A DNA stretch of 64,000 nt from positions 434,001-498,000 of the forward strand of contig LN717261.1 in the NCBI GenBank assembly GCA_001244265.2, read 5' to 3'. The position numbers and the translations under genes are program-made. Of this stretch, positions 12,270 through 46,418 are shown in pieces (positions within the stretch are counted from its first letter, which is position 1; every line of letters begins with the position of its first letter). The notes beneath the pieces were generated by a model. It was not told the DNA's origin and searched no databases. It saw only the letters and a list, made by a program, of their open reading frames with translations. Source of the stretch: Microbotryum violaceum (taxonomy: Eukaryota).

Positions 12270-14056
12270 ATGTCGTTGCCTCCCCTAGAAAAGGACAATC
12301 CGATCCCGTGCTCGCTCAAGCGAACAGTCGACGCGATCAAGCTAGTCGACGCGGCGCTTTCTGCCGACATCCTAACGGAGGACGCGCGCAGGGATCTTAT
12401 CACTAAGCTCCCTCTTGAGGCGGGTTCGACCAGGAACCGCCCCTCTGGGGACATCGAACTGGTCTTTTGGCTCGGGGAGTTGCGAGCCATCCCGACGGAT
12501 ACTCCGCTAGCCATCGATAACCTCAGCGAGCTCCACCCTGTCATTGCTACGAACGAGGGCTATTACCGCAAGCGCGCGACTTTGGCGGCACTTATGACCC
12601 CCGATGCCCCTCTCGCGGAGGGCGCCTTCCACGTCGCGCAGGCTGCGGCCGCGGCCGCTGCGGTTCCCGGGCCCCCTAGTATCGTGACGATAGAAGGCGT
12701 GGGCGAAGTTCCCTCTTACCACCTCAACGCTCTTCCTCGGGGAATGGACGGGATCATCATTGTGGAGAAGCGTCTTTTCGTGTTTTCCACGCAATTTGAC
12801 GCCACTCAGTTCCCAGTCGGCTGTCTTGCTCAACTCGTAACCTCTCCCAGAGGAATGCTCGTCTCTACCCAAGACGCCATTGACGATGAAGAGCAGAACT
12901 GGGCAGACGTCGAATCCGAGAGGATGGAGCAACTCATGTGTCTCGCCGGGTCCCCAGCTCCAGCTCCAGCTCCGGCTCGCCCGCCCATCCACCGAGCGCA
13001 AACGGCGCCATTGCAAGCCCACTTGGCACCCCCAACGCAACAGCACCCTTCAGTGTACCAGCCCACGTCCCCCGCTATCCATGTACCCACTGTAGAGCCC
13101 GCCACTACCGCCTTGAACGCCTCAATGCAGCTCGTGCGGCGCCGGCCTACTCCGCGGATCCCAAAGAGATTGGATGACTCAGCCAAGAAGCGTCTTGGGA
13201 TAAGGCCCGCACGCTCCCACGCAATGATCCGACTCGTCTCGAGACGGCGGCAGGCATCATCAGGCTTAAGCTCCAGCGCCAAGGCGAGGTCAAGATGGAC
13301 GTGATTGAAGTCATGAAGAGCATGTGCGGCGCCTACGTAGACGTTCGCGACATAGTACACCCCCAAGAGGCTGAACTCTTCGACTCCTACACTGACAAGA
13401 ATGGCATCAAATTCACGGGCATCCAAGCGCGAGCCCAGCAAAAGGCCAGCAAGGTCAAGACTCCCGTTGCCGACTTCCCCGAGTATCTCCGCGCTCTGAA
13501 AGAGATTCAAGCGGTCGAAAACAAGGTTTTTGGCACGTGGGCGGGAGCGGATTGGTCTCATTACCTCAAGTTCCTTGACAACATGCACACGGGAGTGCAC
13601 AGCGGCATGAAGGGCTCCAAGCTTCCGATTGCTTTTGATAAGCGTTTTCGGACTCTGCGCTCGGAACCAAGCGCTACGGTCACCTCTCTCCTCGAGGCCA
13701 ACACCAGCCACTCAGTCTACGTAAACGTCATTATCAAGGTAGCGACCCTCGCGAGCCAATCATCAACCCAACCCGCGCTTGAGGAGCGGACATTTTGTAA
13801 GCACCACCTGCCAAGCGCTTCTGGCCCGGCGCAGAAGAGATCGACGCTCTCGAAGATTGATTGGATCTGCATGCGTTTCAACAGAGGGCAGGCGCACCCG
13901 GTTGAGACGTGCAGACTGGAGCATATTTGCTGGGACTGCAAGACCGAGGGACACCGATCTGGTGATTGCATCTGTTCGAATCTCGAGGCCGGGATTGGTG
14001 GCCAACTTGCACAAATGGCAGCGAAGTCCTCAGCTTGTTCTGCCGCTCGGAAGTAG
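12270..14056 (+). pseudogene. Ngaro gag-like ORF1 (two frameshifted pieces) with C-terminal Zn finger
   Basis: ORFs 12270-13304 and 13295-14056; CMRFNRG..CRLEHICWDCKTEGHRSGDC. Confidence 0.75.
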
Positions 14057-14059
14057 ATT

Positions 14060-16020
14060 CCTCAACAACGGCGACAGCTTGGAAGACCAGGTCCCCCTGT
14101 CACCGCACACCCTCCCCCCTCTCTCCTCGCTGGCATCAGGCCGGCACCCCGCATACAGTGCCAATTCCACTTCGAGGCTCCCACTTCAGACCCTCCCTCT
14201 ACCCCACTTCTCACTTCCTCCGCGACCGGCCTGGCAGGACCGCTTGCGTGCGCAACCTTCACCCCTGCGCAACTTCACTCTATCCAGCGTGCACAATGCA
14301 TGTACCCGTCACAATTCAATCTTATCTGTACAATCAAGGACAACTCGTTTGAGACATTACTTCGCTCACATCCCGACCAGGACCTTGTCCGGTCTTTTGT
14401 TCGGAGGGGTTTGAACCAGAGCACGATGGCAGCATGGCCTCTGGGGACGACCCATCAACGATAAACTTCCCTCGCTCGGAAACTCACCGGAGCTTCATCC
14501 AATCAACCATTGATGAAGAAGTTGGCAAGGGCTGGCTATCAGCGGGAACGTCTTTCCCCATCCCCAGCGCGACATACAGCTCCGTCTTTGTCGTAGAGTC
14601 AACCAATCACCGGATGCGCATCGTCGCCGACCACACAAGATCGGGCCTCAACGACAGGATCTCTCGGGCAGCTTGTCCCACGGTCTACAACACAATCATC
14701 AATTTCATTTGACTGCTTCGGTGGCACCGCTTTGCCTCCAAATTGCTGATGCCCAATTCAGTGCTGTGGAAGCTCGACGTCTCCTCTGCGTTCAAAGTCC
14801 TCGTCATGTCAAAGGATTGGCAGGCTCGCCAAGGGATTGTAATCAAGAGGTGGTTGCCGGACGGTGATCTCATCACGTGGTATCACATTGAGTGGCGCGG
14901 CATATTTGGTTGCCGGGCTATGCCCTATCTCTGGACCCGCTTCATGTTGCTCGTAGTTTGGATTGCTCAGCAGTCCTACAGCATCGAGTACCCTCTGGCC
15001 TACATGGATGACACTTCCGGGGTGGACATATCCAATACACTCGTGCCCTTTGTTCACAACGGCGTCCAACACATGATACCCTTGCAGCAGGCACAGATGG
15101 TGGACCTGTGGCAATCACTCGGCCTCCCCTTCAAACTCTCACCGGGCAAAGCCCCCTTTGGCTGGCGGGTAACCATCACGGGGATCAATTGCAACTTAGA
15201 TGACTTTTCCATCTCACTCACACCCAAGGCTATTGGCGACCTTGCGACCGCAATTCAGGCCTTTCTGGACTTCCCAGGCCGCTGCCCGCCGCTCCACCAA
15301 TGGCGCCAGATGATGGGTTGGCTGAGCTGGGCTCTCAACGTGGCGCCTCAGGCCCACCCACACGTCACACCTTTGTACAACAAAATTGGCTCAAAAACCC
15401 GGGCCAATGTGGGAGTTCCTCTGAACCTCGAGGTACGGGAGTCGCTTGCCTTCGCCTCGATTGCGCGACTATTGGCGGCCACCCCAAGGCTTGACCTCAA
15501 TGCAACAAGCCTGACTTGTTGGTCAATTGATGACACCAATCTGGTCATCTACACTAACGCATATCTCCAAAACAATGACCACACTGGCGCTGGCTTGGGC
15601 TTCTGGTTCACGCTACCCGGGGGATGCCACTACTTTGCCATGCGCCCAGGCTGCATGTTCGAGCGGATCCAGTTTGCGGAAGCCCTGACGGTGGTCATTG
15701 CTCTTGACATCGCTATATTGGGGGTGTTCGGGTCTTTTTGACAAGTCTTGGTTCGCATAAACTCCGCACCCGCAGCTTACGCGCTGGATTTGGGCGCGTG
15801 CTCGGACACTCCGTTCCTCCCGCTGCGGACATTGACACTGCGGGCTTTCACCATCTTCGCCTCCCATTGCTTTGACCTGAAGGTCCAACATGTTGCGGGT
15901 AAAAACAACACCACGGTGAATGCTCTGTCTTGCCTGCCTCTTTCAAGGCTTTGCCAGACCTTTCCGGCCTTTCATGACTTTGACCCCTCCTTGTGCGTGC
16001 TGGAGGGGACGCCATTATGA
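14060..16020 (+). pseudogene. Ngaro reverse transcriptase / RNase H
   Basis: MRIVADHT, LWKLDVSSAFK, FGCRAMP, YMDD; decayed RNase H motifs YTNA, QFAEAL, HVAGKNN..NALS. In-frame TGA stops at 14710 and 15739. Confidence 0.9.
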
Positions 16021-17064
16021 CGACCTACCGCCCAGGGGGGCAGACAAGGTGTCTCCTTTGCCTCCCGCCCCCTGCCCGGACCAAGCCTGCAAGGTTTGGT
16101 CCACCCACTGTCAGATGACCTCGAGTTTTCTGACAAGCTGGTCCTTTGTGCGCTCGAGCCTTGCACAAGATCCGACTACCAATGCTCCCTTTGCCAGTGG
16201 TTGGCGTACGTCCAGGTTCAAAACGACATGGGCTTTGACATCAGCTGCCACCCGACTGTGTCCACACTGCGCGCCTTCATCGCTCATCGCTATTGCTTTG
16301 TCACCACTGTGCACCAAACACTTTCTGGCCTTGCCCACTTCCTCGGTCCCATCATGGGCTTGACGTGGGAAGAAGTGCGGTCTGATTGCTTGGTTTGGGC
16401 CGCAATTGTCGGAGGGCAAAAACTCTGGAGGCATGCACCAGTACAGGCTAAACCCCTCCCCTTTGAACTGGTCAACAGCTTACTTGATTGTGCACTCACC
16501 GATCCGCTGCTGGACTACAATTGTCTATGCTTTCTTGCAATGCTTGCCTTGGGATTTGGCACCTGCGCAAGGAGTGGCAAGCTCACTCTTCCTGACACCA
16601 TACACTTTTGAGACACGGAGAAGCTACCGGACCGCAACTCTGTTGTCATCTCCAAATTGGGCTTTTGAGTTCGTCTCCCTTACCACAAAGCCGACCAACG
16701 TTGGCGAGGATCCCATCTTCAGGTCATTACTGAGGCTACAAGTCCCCACTTTTCCAGAGTGCTCTCCCTTTTCCTTGCGGCATGTGACTCTTGTTTTTGT
16801 ACCTCAGGGAGCGGAGCAAAACTGTTCTTGTTGTCCACCGGTTCCCCGCCGACTCGCACATGGTCCGTCATGCACCTTCACGCAGAGTTTGGCAAGGCAT
16901 TCTCTGGCCACTTGCTCCGTTCCGGCGGCGCCACCCACTATGCGCTCAGGGGCTTTCTGCCCACAGAAATTCAACACGTTGGCCACTGGAAATCAGCCGC
17001 GTGGGAGGAGAACATTCACATTTTGCCTGAGCTCAATATGGCGCTCCTTGCACACCAAAAGTGA
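16017..17064 (+). pseudogene. Ngaro tyrosine recombinase
   Basis: CARSGKL (box I Arg), FSGHLLRSGGAT (HxxR), GHWKS; the expected catalytic Tyr position reads N (AWEENI). Stops at 16609 and ~16667. Confidence 0.88.
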
Positions 17065-17100
17065 TCTTCATCTGCCAGTCATCAATCAAATTACAACATA

Positions 17101-17196
17101 TACGACACGGTCCCTTTTGGTTTCTCGAGCCCAGCTGCAACATGACATCACCTCTCTTGCTAAAACCACTGTGCAAGCGGCTTTGGAGAGTTGATG
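17101..17196 (+). repeat. Ngaro repeat B1 (second copy B2 at 23143-23239)
   Basis: tacgacacggtccc...ctttggagagttgatg occurs twice. Confidence 0.92.
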
Positions 17197-17671
17197 TCTG
17201 TTCAGCTTTAGCGGTAAGAGTTCCACGCTTGTTGTTCATGCGCGCATCCGTGCATTCTAGTCCTGACTCAGTGTCAGCCGATCCTAGCCTCTCAGGAGCG
17301 CTCAGCGTATTTTCCTAGCCTCTCCGGAGCGCTCAGCATCCTAGGTCTCTCCGTGAGTTCCTCAGAGCCCTCAGCCTCTCTGCAAGTGCCTCGTGTCCGC
17401 ACCGCTTACCCTCTCCTCGGTTCCGCACCGTCAACACGTTCTGGAACCAGCTTGCTGCTCCAGCACTGCCACCCTCTGCCAAGGGTCAGTTGGTCCTCCA
17501 ACATTGGATCCTCATCCAAGTGATCCGTCGCTCACCCAGCAGTCTCCCTTCATCAGGACCTTACAGCAGCCTGCTGCTCTCCAGAAACCCTCGACGCACG
17601 CATGCCTGCCACGCGCTCGAAGTAAGTGTTCAGAATACGCTCAGCTAGTTGCACGACGTACTCATAGCTCA

Positions 17672-17917
<246 letters not shown>

Positions 17918-17960
17918 CTATGAGATCAAGATTGCAGAAGGAAGACAAGAGCAATTTCTA

Positions 17961-18152
<192 letters not shown>

Positions 18153-18164
18153 TCACCCCCGGGT

Positions 18165-22670
<4,506 letters not shown>

Positions 22671-22713
22671 CTATGAGATCAAGATTGCAGAAGGAAGACA
22701 AGAGCAATTTCTA

Positions 22714-22935
<222 letters not shown>

Positions 22936-24804
22936 TCAATTGTGTTGAACGCCTGCGCTACGCCTCGCAAAGGTATGCTACACCATGCCTCTGTCATAGT
23001 TGCCCGGTTACTTATCATCCCCAATCACTACGCCTCGCAAAGCGATCTCTCGGTCCTTTAAGCTTCCTGCCCACCTTCCCTATTTACACTTTAATGTCTC
23101 TTTCTTACTTTGATACATTTCAATAGTGACCGAGTTGTTAGTTACGACACGGTCCCTTTCGGTTTCTCGAGCCCCGCTGCAACATGACATCACCTCTCTC
23201 GCTAAAAATCACTGTGCAAGCGGCTTTGGAGAGTTGATGACGATTGCACATTTTGCAACATCCTGCCCACCAGCCGAAAACATCAACGGTGCTGCATCGG
23301 TGCCTCGTCCCAGAGCTCTGCGAGCTGTCCTTGTTTCGGAACGTTGCACGTAAAGGTTGTCGAAGATGATGATCGGGATTTTGAACCGTGAACGTGCCGT
23401 TTTGCCTTTTGACAGTAGCAGTGCAGCAATACCCGATGATGCAACGGCCAGAGCGTATGTTCCCTCTGACCAAATCCGAGCAAGGACCGTTTCTTCCAAG
23501 AATGTTTTGCCTGTCCCTCCCGGAGCATCAACGAAATCGAAGATTTGTGTAGACGATGACTTGGGAATAACGGGAAGGCATTGCTTCGGATCCCCTGTGA
23601 TGTTACAGTTGAACCGGTCAGTTAGTCATGCTGCCCTGCGCTTTGCTTTTGAAAGATTGGCATACACCTGCGACCACAATGATCACTCCACCGAACTGAG
23701 CCGTTGAGGAGCTGCCACGGATGGTGAGCCGCAATTCACGGAACCTGTTTTTTTTTTGCGATTCGTCCTTTAGAACTATCCTGTTGTCCATCTGTAGCAA
23801 TGGCAGTGAAGAGTCACATTTTGTGTCCCATGAACCCGGATTCTCAACCATACAAAGTCAATTCTTCCGCTGTATCACTGACGTCCAATGTCTGTTTTTC
23901 GTATCAGGTTTTCCGTCATATCTAAGACTGCACAGTCATGTCAAGGGATAACTCTCGCATGCAGTGTCACCAGCTGACGGTGAAGAAACGACTTGAGGGT
24001 GACATTCAAAGAAGACGTGTTGAAGGGAATTGCTGCTTGGTAGTTTTCCATTAGCTTCTGATCGATCCCACACCAAGAGCACAGTTCATGAGGTTACTTA
24101 CTCGAATTCGTAGCTATGTTGCATGCGGCAGCCATTTCTTGATCCTGTATTCGTTGCAGAGCTTCCACGACGACCGCTTCAGATGTCGCGAGCTCAAGAT
24201 GGCGTTGGGATGAGGTGCCATGGGTCAGGGGTGAAGAGCAGGAGGGAGAAAGATGGAGAAGTCTGCGCCTCAGTTTAAACTGGGCTCGTAGAATGTTGCG
24301 GAAGACCGCGAAATGTTGTGGAGTGAAGCCCAGTGTCGGCACCCCATGACACGCTGGCGGGGCCCCTAACGGCAGAATTGGCGCACTGGCCGACGCTACC
24401 CGAGGTCCGGAACTGGTTCAAGTGGACGAACGAATCTCAAGCTTGGAAGTGAAGAACTGCGGGCCCGTTGTACTTGCCGTGCGACATTGAGACTGCCTGC
24501 TGCCGGTGCAGTTGACTTGACAAACCAGTTTGCGCAACGTTGTGTTGATCGGTTTCGCGCTGCTGCTTCTGGCGAAGGCATCGTTGTCGCTGAGCTTCGG
24601 CGATTGTTCAAGGTTGCTGGCGGCGACGTCTGCGATTAGAGCGGGAGGGGAAGAGGAGGATTGTGCGGAGGAGGAGGAACGCGAGCAGCTGCCAATGTCT
24701 CTGCTGCCCCGCTGCTCTCCGTGAAGAATGTTGTACAGGAGACGGGACGTGAAAGCTTGCAGATGACTCTTTGGCAGTGGCCGAACTGGATGTTGAAGGG
24801 ACTA

Positions 24805-29987
<5,183 letters not shown>

Positions 29988-30165
29988 TGGAACCTTGGCA
30001 AAGGTAGGCAAAATGGTCTTTCACTGGCCCCATGCTGAATCACCGCTAGCTGGTTCCGGGGACGCGCTAGACCGAGAGCTGCCGATGATGTCACGCCACA
30101 TGGTTTGTCTTTTGTTCTTTGACGTTCTTTGTCTAGACAACAGTCGGTTTTAGAGTATAGTAGGA

Positions 30166-32377
30166 CTAGGTTCGGCGGTGCGCCACCTCACACTGAAAAT
30201 CAGCAGTTCTGTTGCACGAAACGCTATCGCTCAAGCCGTTCCCGTTGAAGACGTCTTTGCTGACCTTGAGACCTCCAAGGGATCGCAGCATTCATAGGTA
30301 GTGGATGCATTGGATGAAGTTGATCTTCCGGCAGTGGACGCAGTGCCAGTGCCATCGGTGACTGTGTGGCGGCTGGCCGTTGGCGTGCCTTAGATCTTCT
30401 GAAAGTAGACTGGTTCGTCAATGTTGATGCGGTAGACGCAGGGTTCGGAAGAACGGTGGGACTGGACCGGAACGCTCTCACTCAAGCCTTTCCCGTTGAC
30501 GACGTCTTTGCTGACCTTGAGGCCTTCGAGAGATCGCAGCGTTCACAGGCGGTGGAACCATTGGATGACAACATCCACCGGGACAGAGTGGACGTCGGGC
30601 GTTGGCTGGGGTGGAGGTGATTGATTGATAGAATCATTTGCTGCCTTTCCCTGAGTCTCCGCAATTGATATGCCCTAGATCCTCTGGAAGTAGAATGATT
30701 CGTCAATGTGGCTGTGGTAGAGGCAGGGTTTGGCAAAGAACTGTGTGGGACCGGACCGGACCGGAACGCTCTCGCTCAGGCCTTTCCCATTGACAATGTT
30801 GTTGCTGGTCTTCAGACCTCCGAGACGTCGTGCAGCTATCAGTGTGCTTGCTGTTGTCCATCTGTAGCAATGGCAATGAAGACTCGCATTTAGTTTTCCC
30901 ATGACCCGGATTCTGCACCGTACAAAGTCAAGCCGCACCTCAACTTCCCCCCAGAAGTCAGCATTCCATGAAGCAAGCGACTTGGGAATAACGGGAAGGC
31001 ATTGCTTCGGATCCCCTGTGATGGTACAGTCCTACCGGTCAGTTAGTCATGCTGCCCTGCGCTTTGCTTTCAAAAAATTGGCACATACCTGCCAACACGA
31101 CGGTCACTCCACCGAACCGAGCTGTGGAATAACAGGAAGGCATTGCTTCGGATTTCCTGTGATGTTACAGTCCAACCGGTCATTAGTCACGCTGCCCTGC
31201 GCTTTGCTTTTGAAAGATTGGCACATACCTGCCAACACGACGGTCACTCCACGGAACCGATCCGTGGAATAACGGGAAGGCATTGCTTCGGATTTCCTGT
31301 GAGGTTACAGTCCAAACGGTCATTAGTCGTGCTGCTCTGCGTTTTGCTATCGAAAGATTGGCACACACCTGCCAACGCGAGGGTCACCCCACCGAACCAA
31401 GACCTTCAGGATCTGTCACGGGATGGTGGGCAGCAATTCACACAACCAGAGCCTGTTTCTTGAGTGATTCGTTACAACTATCAGTATTCTTGCTGTTGTC
31501 CATCTGTAGCAATGGCCGTGAAGACTCACATTTGGTGTGCCAATGATCCGGATCCTCAACCGTACAAAGTCAATCCTTCCGCGCTATCACTGATGTTCAA
31601 TGTCTGTTTCTTGTATCAGTTTGTCCGTCATAGCTAAGACTGCACAGTCATGTCAAGGGATAACTCACGCATGCAGTGTCACCAGCTGACGGTGAAGAAA
31701 CAACTCGAGAGTTGACATTCAAAGAGGACGTGTTGAAGGGAATTTCTGCTTGGTAGTTTTCCATTAGCTTCTGAACAATCCCACACCAAGAGCACAGTTC
31801 ATGAAGTTACTTACTCAAATCCGTAGCTATGTTGCATGAGGCAGGCATTTCTTGGTCTCGTATTCGTTGCAGACCTTCCACGACGACTGCTTCGGATGTC
31901 GCGAGCTTGAGGTGGCGATGGGATAAGGTGTGAAGAGCAGGAGGGAGAAAGATGGAGAAGCCTGCGCCTCAGTTTAAACCGGACTCATAGAATGTTGCAG
32001 AAGGCCGCGGAACGTCGTGGAGTGAAGCCCGAAGCAGAGGGTCATGTGCCCAGCTGCTTTGATGAGAAATGGAACCTCAACGAACGTTGGAACCTCGGCA
32101 AACGTGGACGGAACGGTTTGTCGCCACGTGGTTTGTTTCCCGTTCTCTGACGTTCTTTGACGTCGACGTTGTAGACACGCAAAACAGTCTGCTTCGGGAT
32201 ACAGAGAGTCACGTGCTATTCAATGGAACCTCGGCAAACGTAGGTGAAACGGTCTGAAACAGCGCTAGCTAGCTGGGAAGCTGGACCGAGAGCTGCCTAT
32301 GACGTCACGCCACATGGTTTGTCTTTGTCTCAGGACGTTTTTTATTATGTAGTTTTAAGGATTAGAGTATAGTAGGA
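30166..32377 (-). mobile_element. Helitron unit C, 2.2-kb non-autonomous; last unit of the array
   Basis: 3' CTAG at 30166-30169 with shortened hairpin; 5' TCCTACTATACTCTAA at 32377 preceded by host A (minus). Contains three tandem ~120-bp copies of a helicase intron segment (30985-31400). Confidence 0.88.
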
Positions 32378-32948
32378 TAAGGATTTCCGCGTGCAAATAT
32401 ACGCACACTCAAACTGTCAATTTGGCCAGGCCAATATTTTTTGGGCCAAATTGCTCTGCTTTTGACCCCGGCGACTTGCGCCCGACCTGACGTTCCTTAG
32501 AGGCTGAGCGCTGAGAGTTGACGGCGCTTTACGTCTGCTGCGGTCCCCCTTCAGTTCCCATCGCCCGAGATGGCTACGCTGCCGCCTGTTCTCACCCACC
32601 TTCAAGACGGCGATCAGCATGCCCTAGGAACGGAAGTTGGCGACGAACTGCTGGACGAACAAGCCAAGACAGCGCCATTCAAAGAGATCCGAGTTCAAGA
32701 TTTCCAATCTAATGCTCTTGAGATGGAGGAGGGGAAGTATTTGGTGGCTGTTCGATGGTCGGAAGAGAACCTTGCAATGTGACAGCTTTTGAAATCATAC
32801 CCTATCGCTTGCTAGCTGGAATTGATGGTCCAAGCTGGGCCTTGTCCGAGTGACAAAGTGACAGCCGCACAGTGTCGCCAATGCGCCGATCGTCTGTCTC
32901 GCACAAGAGTCAAGATTTGGTACATGTTACGAATTATTGTCTATAGTT

Positions 32949-34411
32949 TCAATCCGAACTCGCTAGTCTACAACGCATGGTTAGTCTCGGGGCCACGGGG
33001 GACGAGAGGTTCGTTCCGAGCGTCGAGGGGAAAAAGCTCCGAAGGCGCGTTCGACAAGGCGGGGTAGCAAGGCGAGTGAGATCTTCTGGAGTTTCGGTCG
33101 AAGAGCTAGCGGTAGCATGTTCCCTTGAGTCGGCAAGTGATTGCATCTGTTGCTCAATCACCTCCCTTGGCTGTCGCTCGGACCAAAGTGCGGCGGCGGA
33201 GGTAACGTGTTCTCCTCTGATCCCTCTTCGGATCCGAACTTAGAGTCATCTCCTGAATCCTTTGCTTCCCCGCAAGATGTCCTGAACTTGACGCCTCTCC
33301 GCATTTGATTCCGAAAGTCCCGACGAAGGTGAATCATCCTTGCTCGCTTTGTCGTCGTCGTCGTCCCGGCAGATCAACACTTGCGCTCTTCCCCCAGTCT
33401 TCCTCTTCTTCTGCTTGCTCCCCATTTGCGAATATTTGCACGCCCTTGCCCTTCCTGCTCTCCTCCTTGCTAGTGGGCATCAACTGCATCGCTTCGGCGG
33501 GGGAGGGGGAGGGGGCGTGCGAAGCGGATTTCTTGAGCCCTAGCTGAGCGCTACTCAGCCGGCCACGCGCCGAGCGTACCACTGGTGTCAAGAGCCCACC
33601 CCCATTGCGATCATCCGCATGTACCGGAGATGATCGCGACGTCCTTGCGTCGCTCGAGGTTGATCGGCTAAAAGCCGGGTCGGGCAATGGCGCGGCGGGA
33701 GCTGAATGACGGGTGGTCGAGGCGCGACTCGACAACTGCAAAAGAGTTGAGCTCGATCCTGAGGGATAGACGAGGGACGACTTGAGGATGTGGAAAGAGT
33801 CGAGCCGGATTTGAAGGCATTTGACCAGTCGTTAACGTAAGCCCAAGGCACATTGTCCCGGATCTAGTCTACGGAAGCGAGAGCCGAGAGATCAGCAATG
33901 GGACACAAAACAAGGGACGGCAAACGTGAATTGACGAGACTGACCTGTTTCCTCTAGACCCATGTTGTGAGAGTTGATCAACTCCAGATTTGCTGCTGGA
34001 CCTTGTTTGTCAGCCGCGACCCTAGCTTCCGTCTTGCCGAAAGCCATCGCGCGTTGTTCACTTGAGCGTAAATCGGCTCGGCGAGCTTCGATTTTGGCAG
34101 CCATGGCAGCGAATTGTTGTTCATTTTCTGGAGCGTTACCACCATGTTCATCATTTCGAGCTGTTGAGCTGGAGTGAGTGAAGCTTGAGGTTGAGGTTGA
34201 GGCTGAGCGGGCGGTTGAGCAACGAGAAAAGGAGGGCGCGAGTGGGCTGGGAAGAGTCAGGCACGAGCCCCGACACGCGCTCGATATGTTGTTGTAACAA
34301 AGGAGGTGCATCGCCAGCGGTTGCAGCGCCAAAAGAAGAAGCCGTATCGGAATTCAAGGCCAAGCTGAACAAATCGTCGGTGGAGCCAGATGTTGATCCG
34401 TTCATGTTCAT
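32949..34411 (-). pseudogene. Possible intron-containing hypothetical gene, Ser/Ala/Pro-rich, frameshifted
   Basis: Collinear minus ORFs 34151-34411, 33892-34332, 33334-33741 and 32949-33161; one plausible intron (GTCAGT ~33944 to CTGAT..TAG ~33869). No recognisable domain. Confidence 0.3.
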
Positions 34412-34869
34412 CAGGAGAGGCGAGGGGAAGACAGTGGCAGGAGGAAAAGAGGGAACTCGAGGCGGTTGCCTGTGTGTCGGGCCGCCGGCAGCCCCAGGGT
34501 TAAGCAGTAACAGCAGCAGGCTCAGCTAGGTGGGTGCAGAAGAGCTACAAATGAGATTCAAGAGACCTCTCTCTGTCCCATTTTTACGTGGTAATCATTC
34601 TAGGTACTCGAGCAGTTGCATGCGCTTTGATTGAAAAGTCACCCGGCACTGGTATGGGAAACCGCCGAGCCATCTTGTTCGGAAGAAGGGCTTGCATGAA
34701 TTAAATTTCGGTGCGAGGCGATCTTTGGTCCAGGGAGACGAGAACACGAACTTCAGTCAACGGTCGATAGCAGAGTCAATGATTGGTGAGGAACCAATCA
34801 AGAGGACTCCGCGCCTCCCTGGCCAAAATGGCTTAAACTACCCAAAAACCCCAAAGACGCTTCTAGCCA

Positions 34870-39774
<4,905 letters not shown>

Positions 39775-39957
39775 CCCAATTGGACACTTTCTAATGAATA
39801 CTGAGCCCAAGAATCCCTGGCCTCGCTCTCACTCACAATCACCGCCTCAACCCAGTTGGCTCCCATTGTGCTCACAGACGAGATCATCTTCTGTTGCACC
39901 AACCCATTCCAACACATCAACTGGTACCAGCCCACCGGACGTGCCTTTTTGAACCTA

Positions 39958-45697
<5,740 letters not shown>

Positions 45698-46234
45698 CCC
45701 CGGTGGGTAGCCTCGTAAGCTTGAAGACCTTGTGCAATTTGAATGAGCCCAACTCCTTTTCAGAAGCGGCCATCCAGTGTTTGGCCTCAGGAGAGGCTAT
45801 CGCTCCACAAAAGTCTTGGGAAGCGGGGGGTGGCGAGACGAAACCATAGCAATGAGCTCTGGTGGACGACGGTAGACTGGGCGAGTAGACACGACACGAA
45901 GGGCGCCTGTACGATGCTGAGCACGCAGGCGAGTCGGTAAAATGTTACCTGCATCAACGTTCTCGAGCGCACCAGGGTTGCGGCTGACACGGTAAGGTCG
46001 ATACTCGTAACCATCCTCAGGAGGTAATGGTTGATTGTGTTCTGCAGGGCCATCGTTGTCGTCACTGTCGATAGCCTCAACAGCTTCCTCGCGTCGATGA
46101 TCGATCGGGTCCTCTTCAACTTCAGCGTCTTTGGCCAATGGACCGACAGCCGGGAAAGGAGGAGGAGCAACGTCGTCATTGTCCATATGTTGGAAACGTG
46201 GAAGAGGAGCGGGAGCTGGCCGAAAAGCCGGACC

Positions 46235-46418
46235 AAGCTTGGGTACGAGCGCAGGCCGTAAAGCCGGACCTTCTGCCTTGGGAAAGAGCGCAGGCCGTAA
46301 AGCCGGAACTTCTGCCTCGGGTACAAGCGCAGGCCGTAAAGCCGGAACTGCCTCGGGAAAGAGCGCAGGCTGAAAAGCCAAACCTGCCTCAGGTAGGGGA
46401 GCAGGCCGTAAAGCCGTA
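46235..46418. repeat. Coding minisatellite (~39-bp unit) in the Copia-4 linker
   Basis: gcgcaggccgtaaagccgga repeated ~5 times; encodes PALRPAL(F/V)P. Confidence 0.85.
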
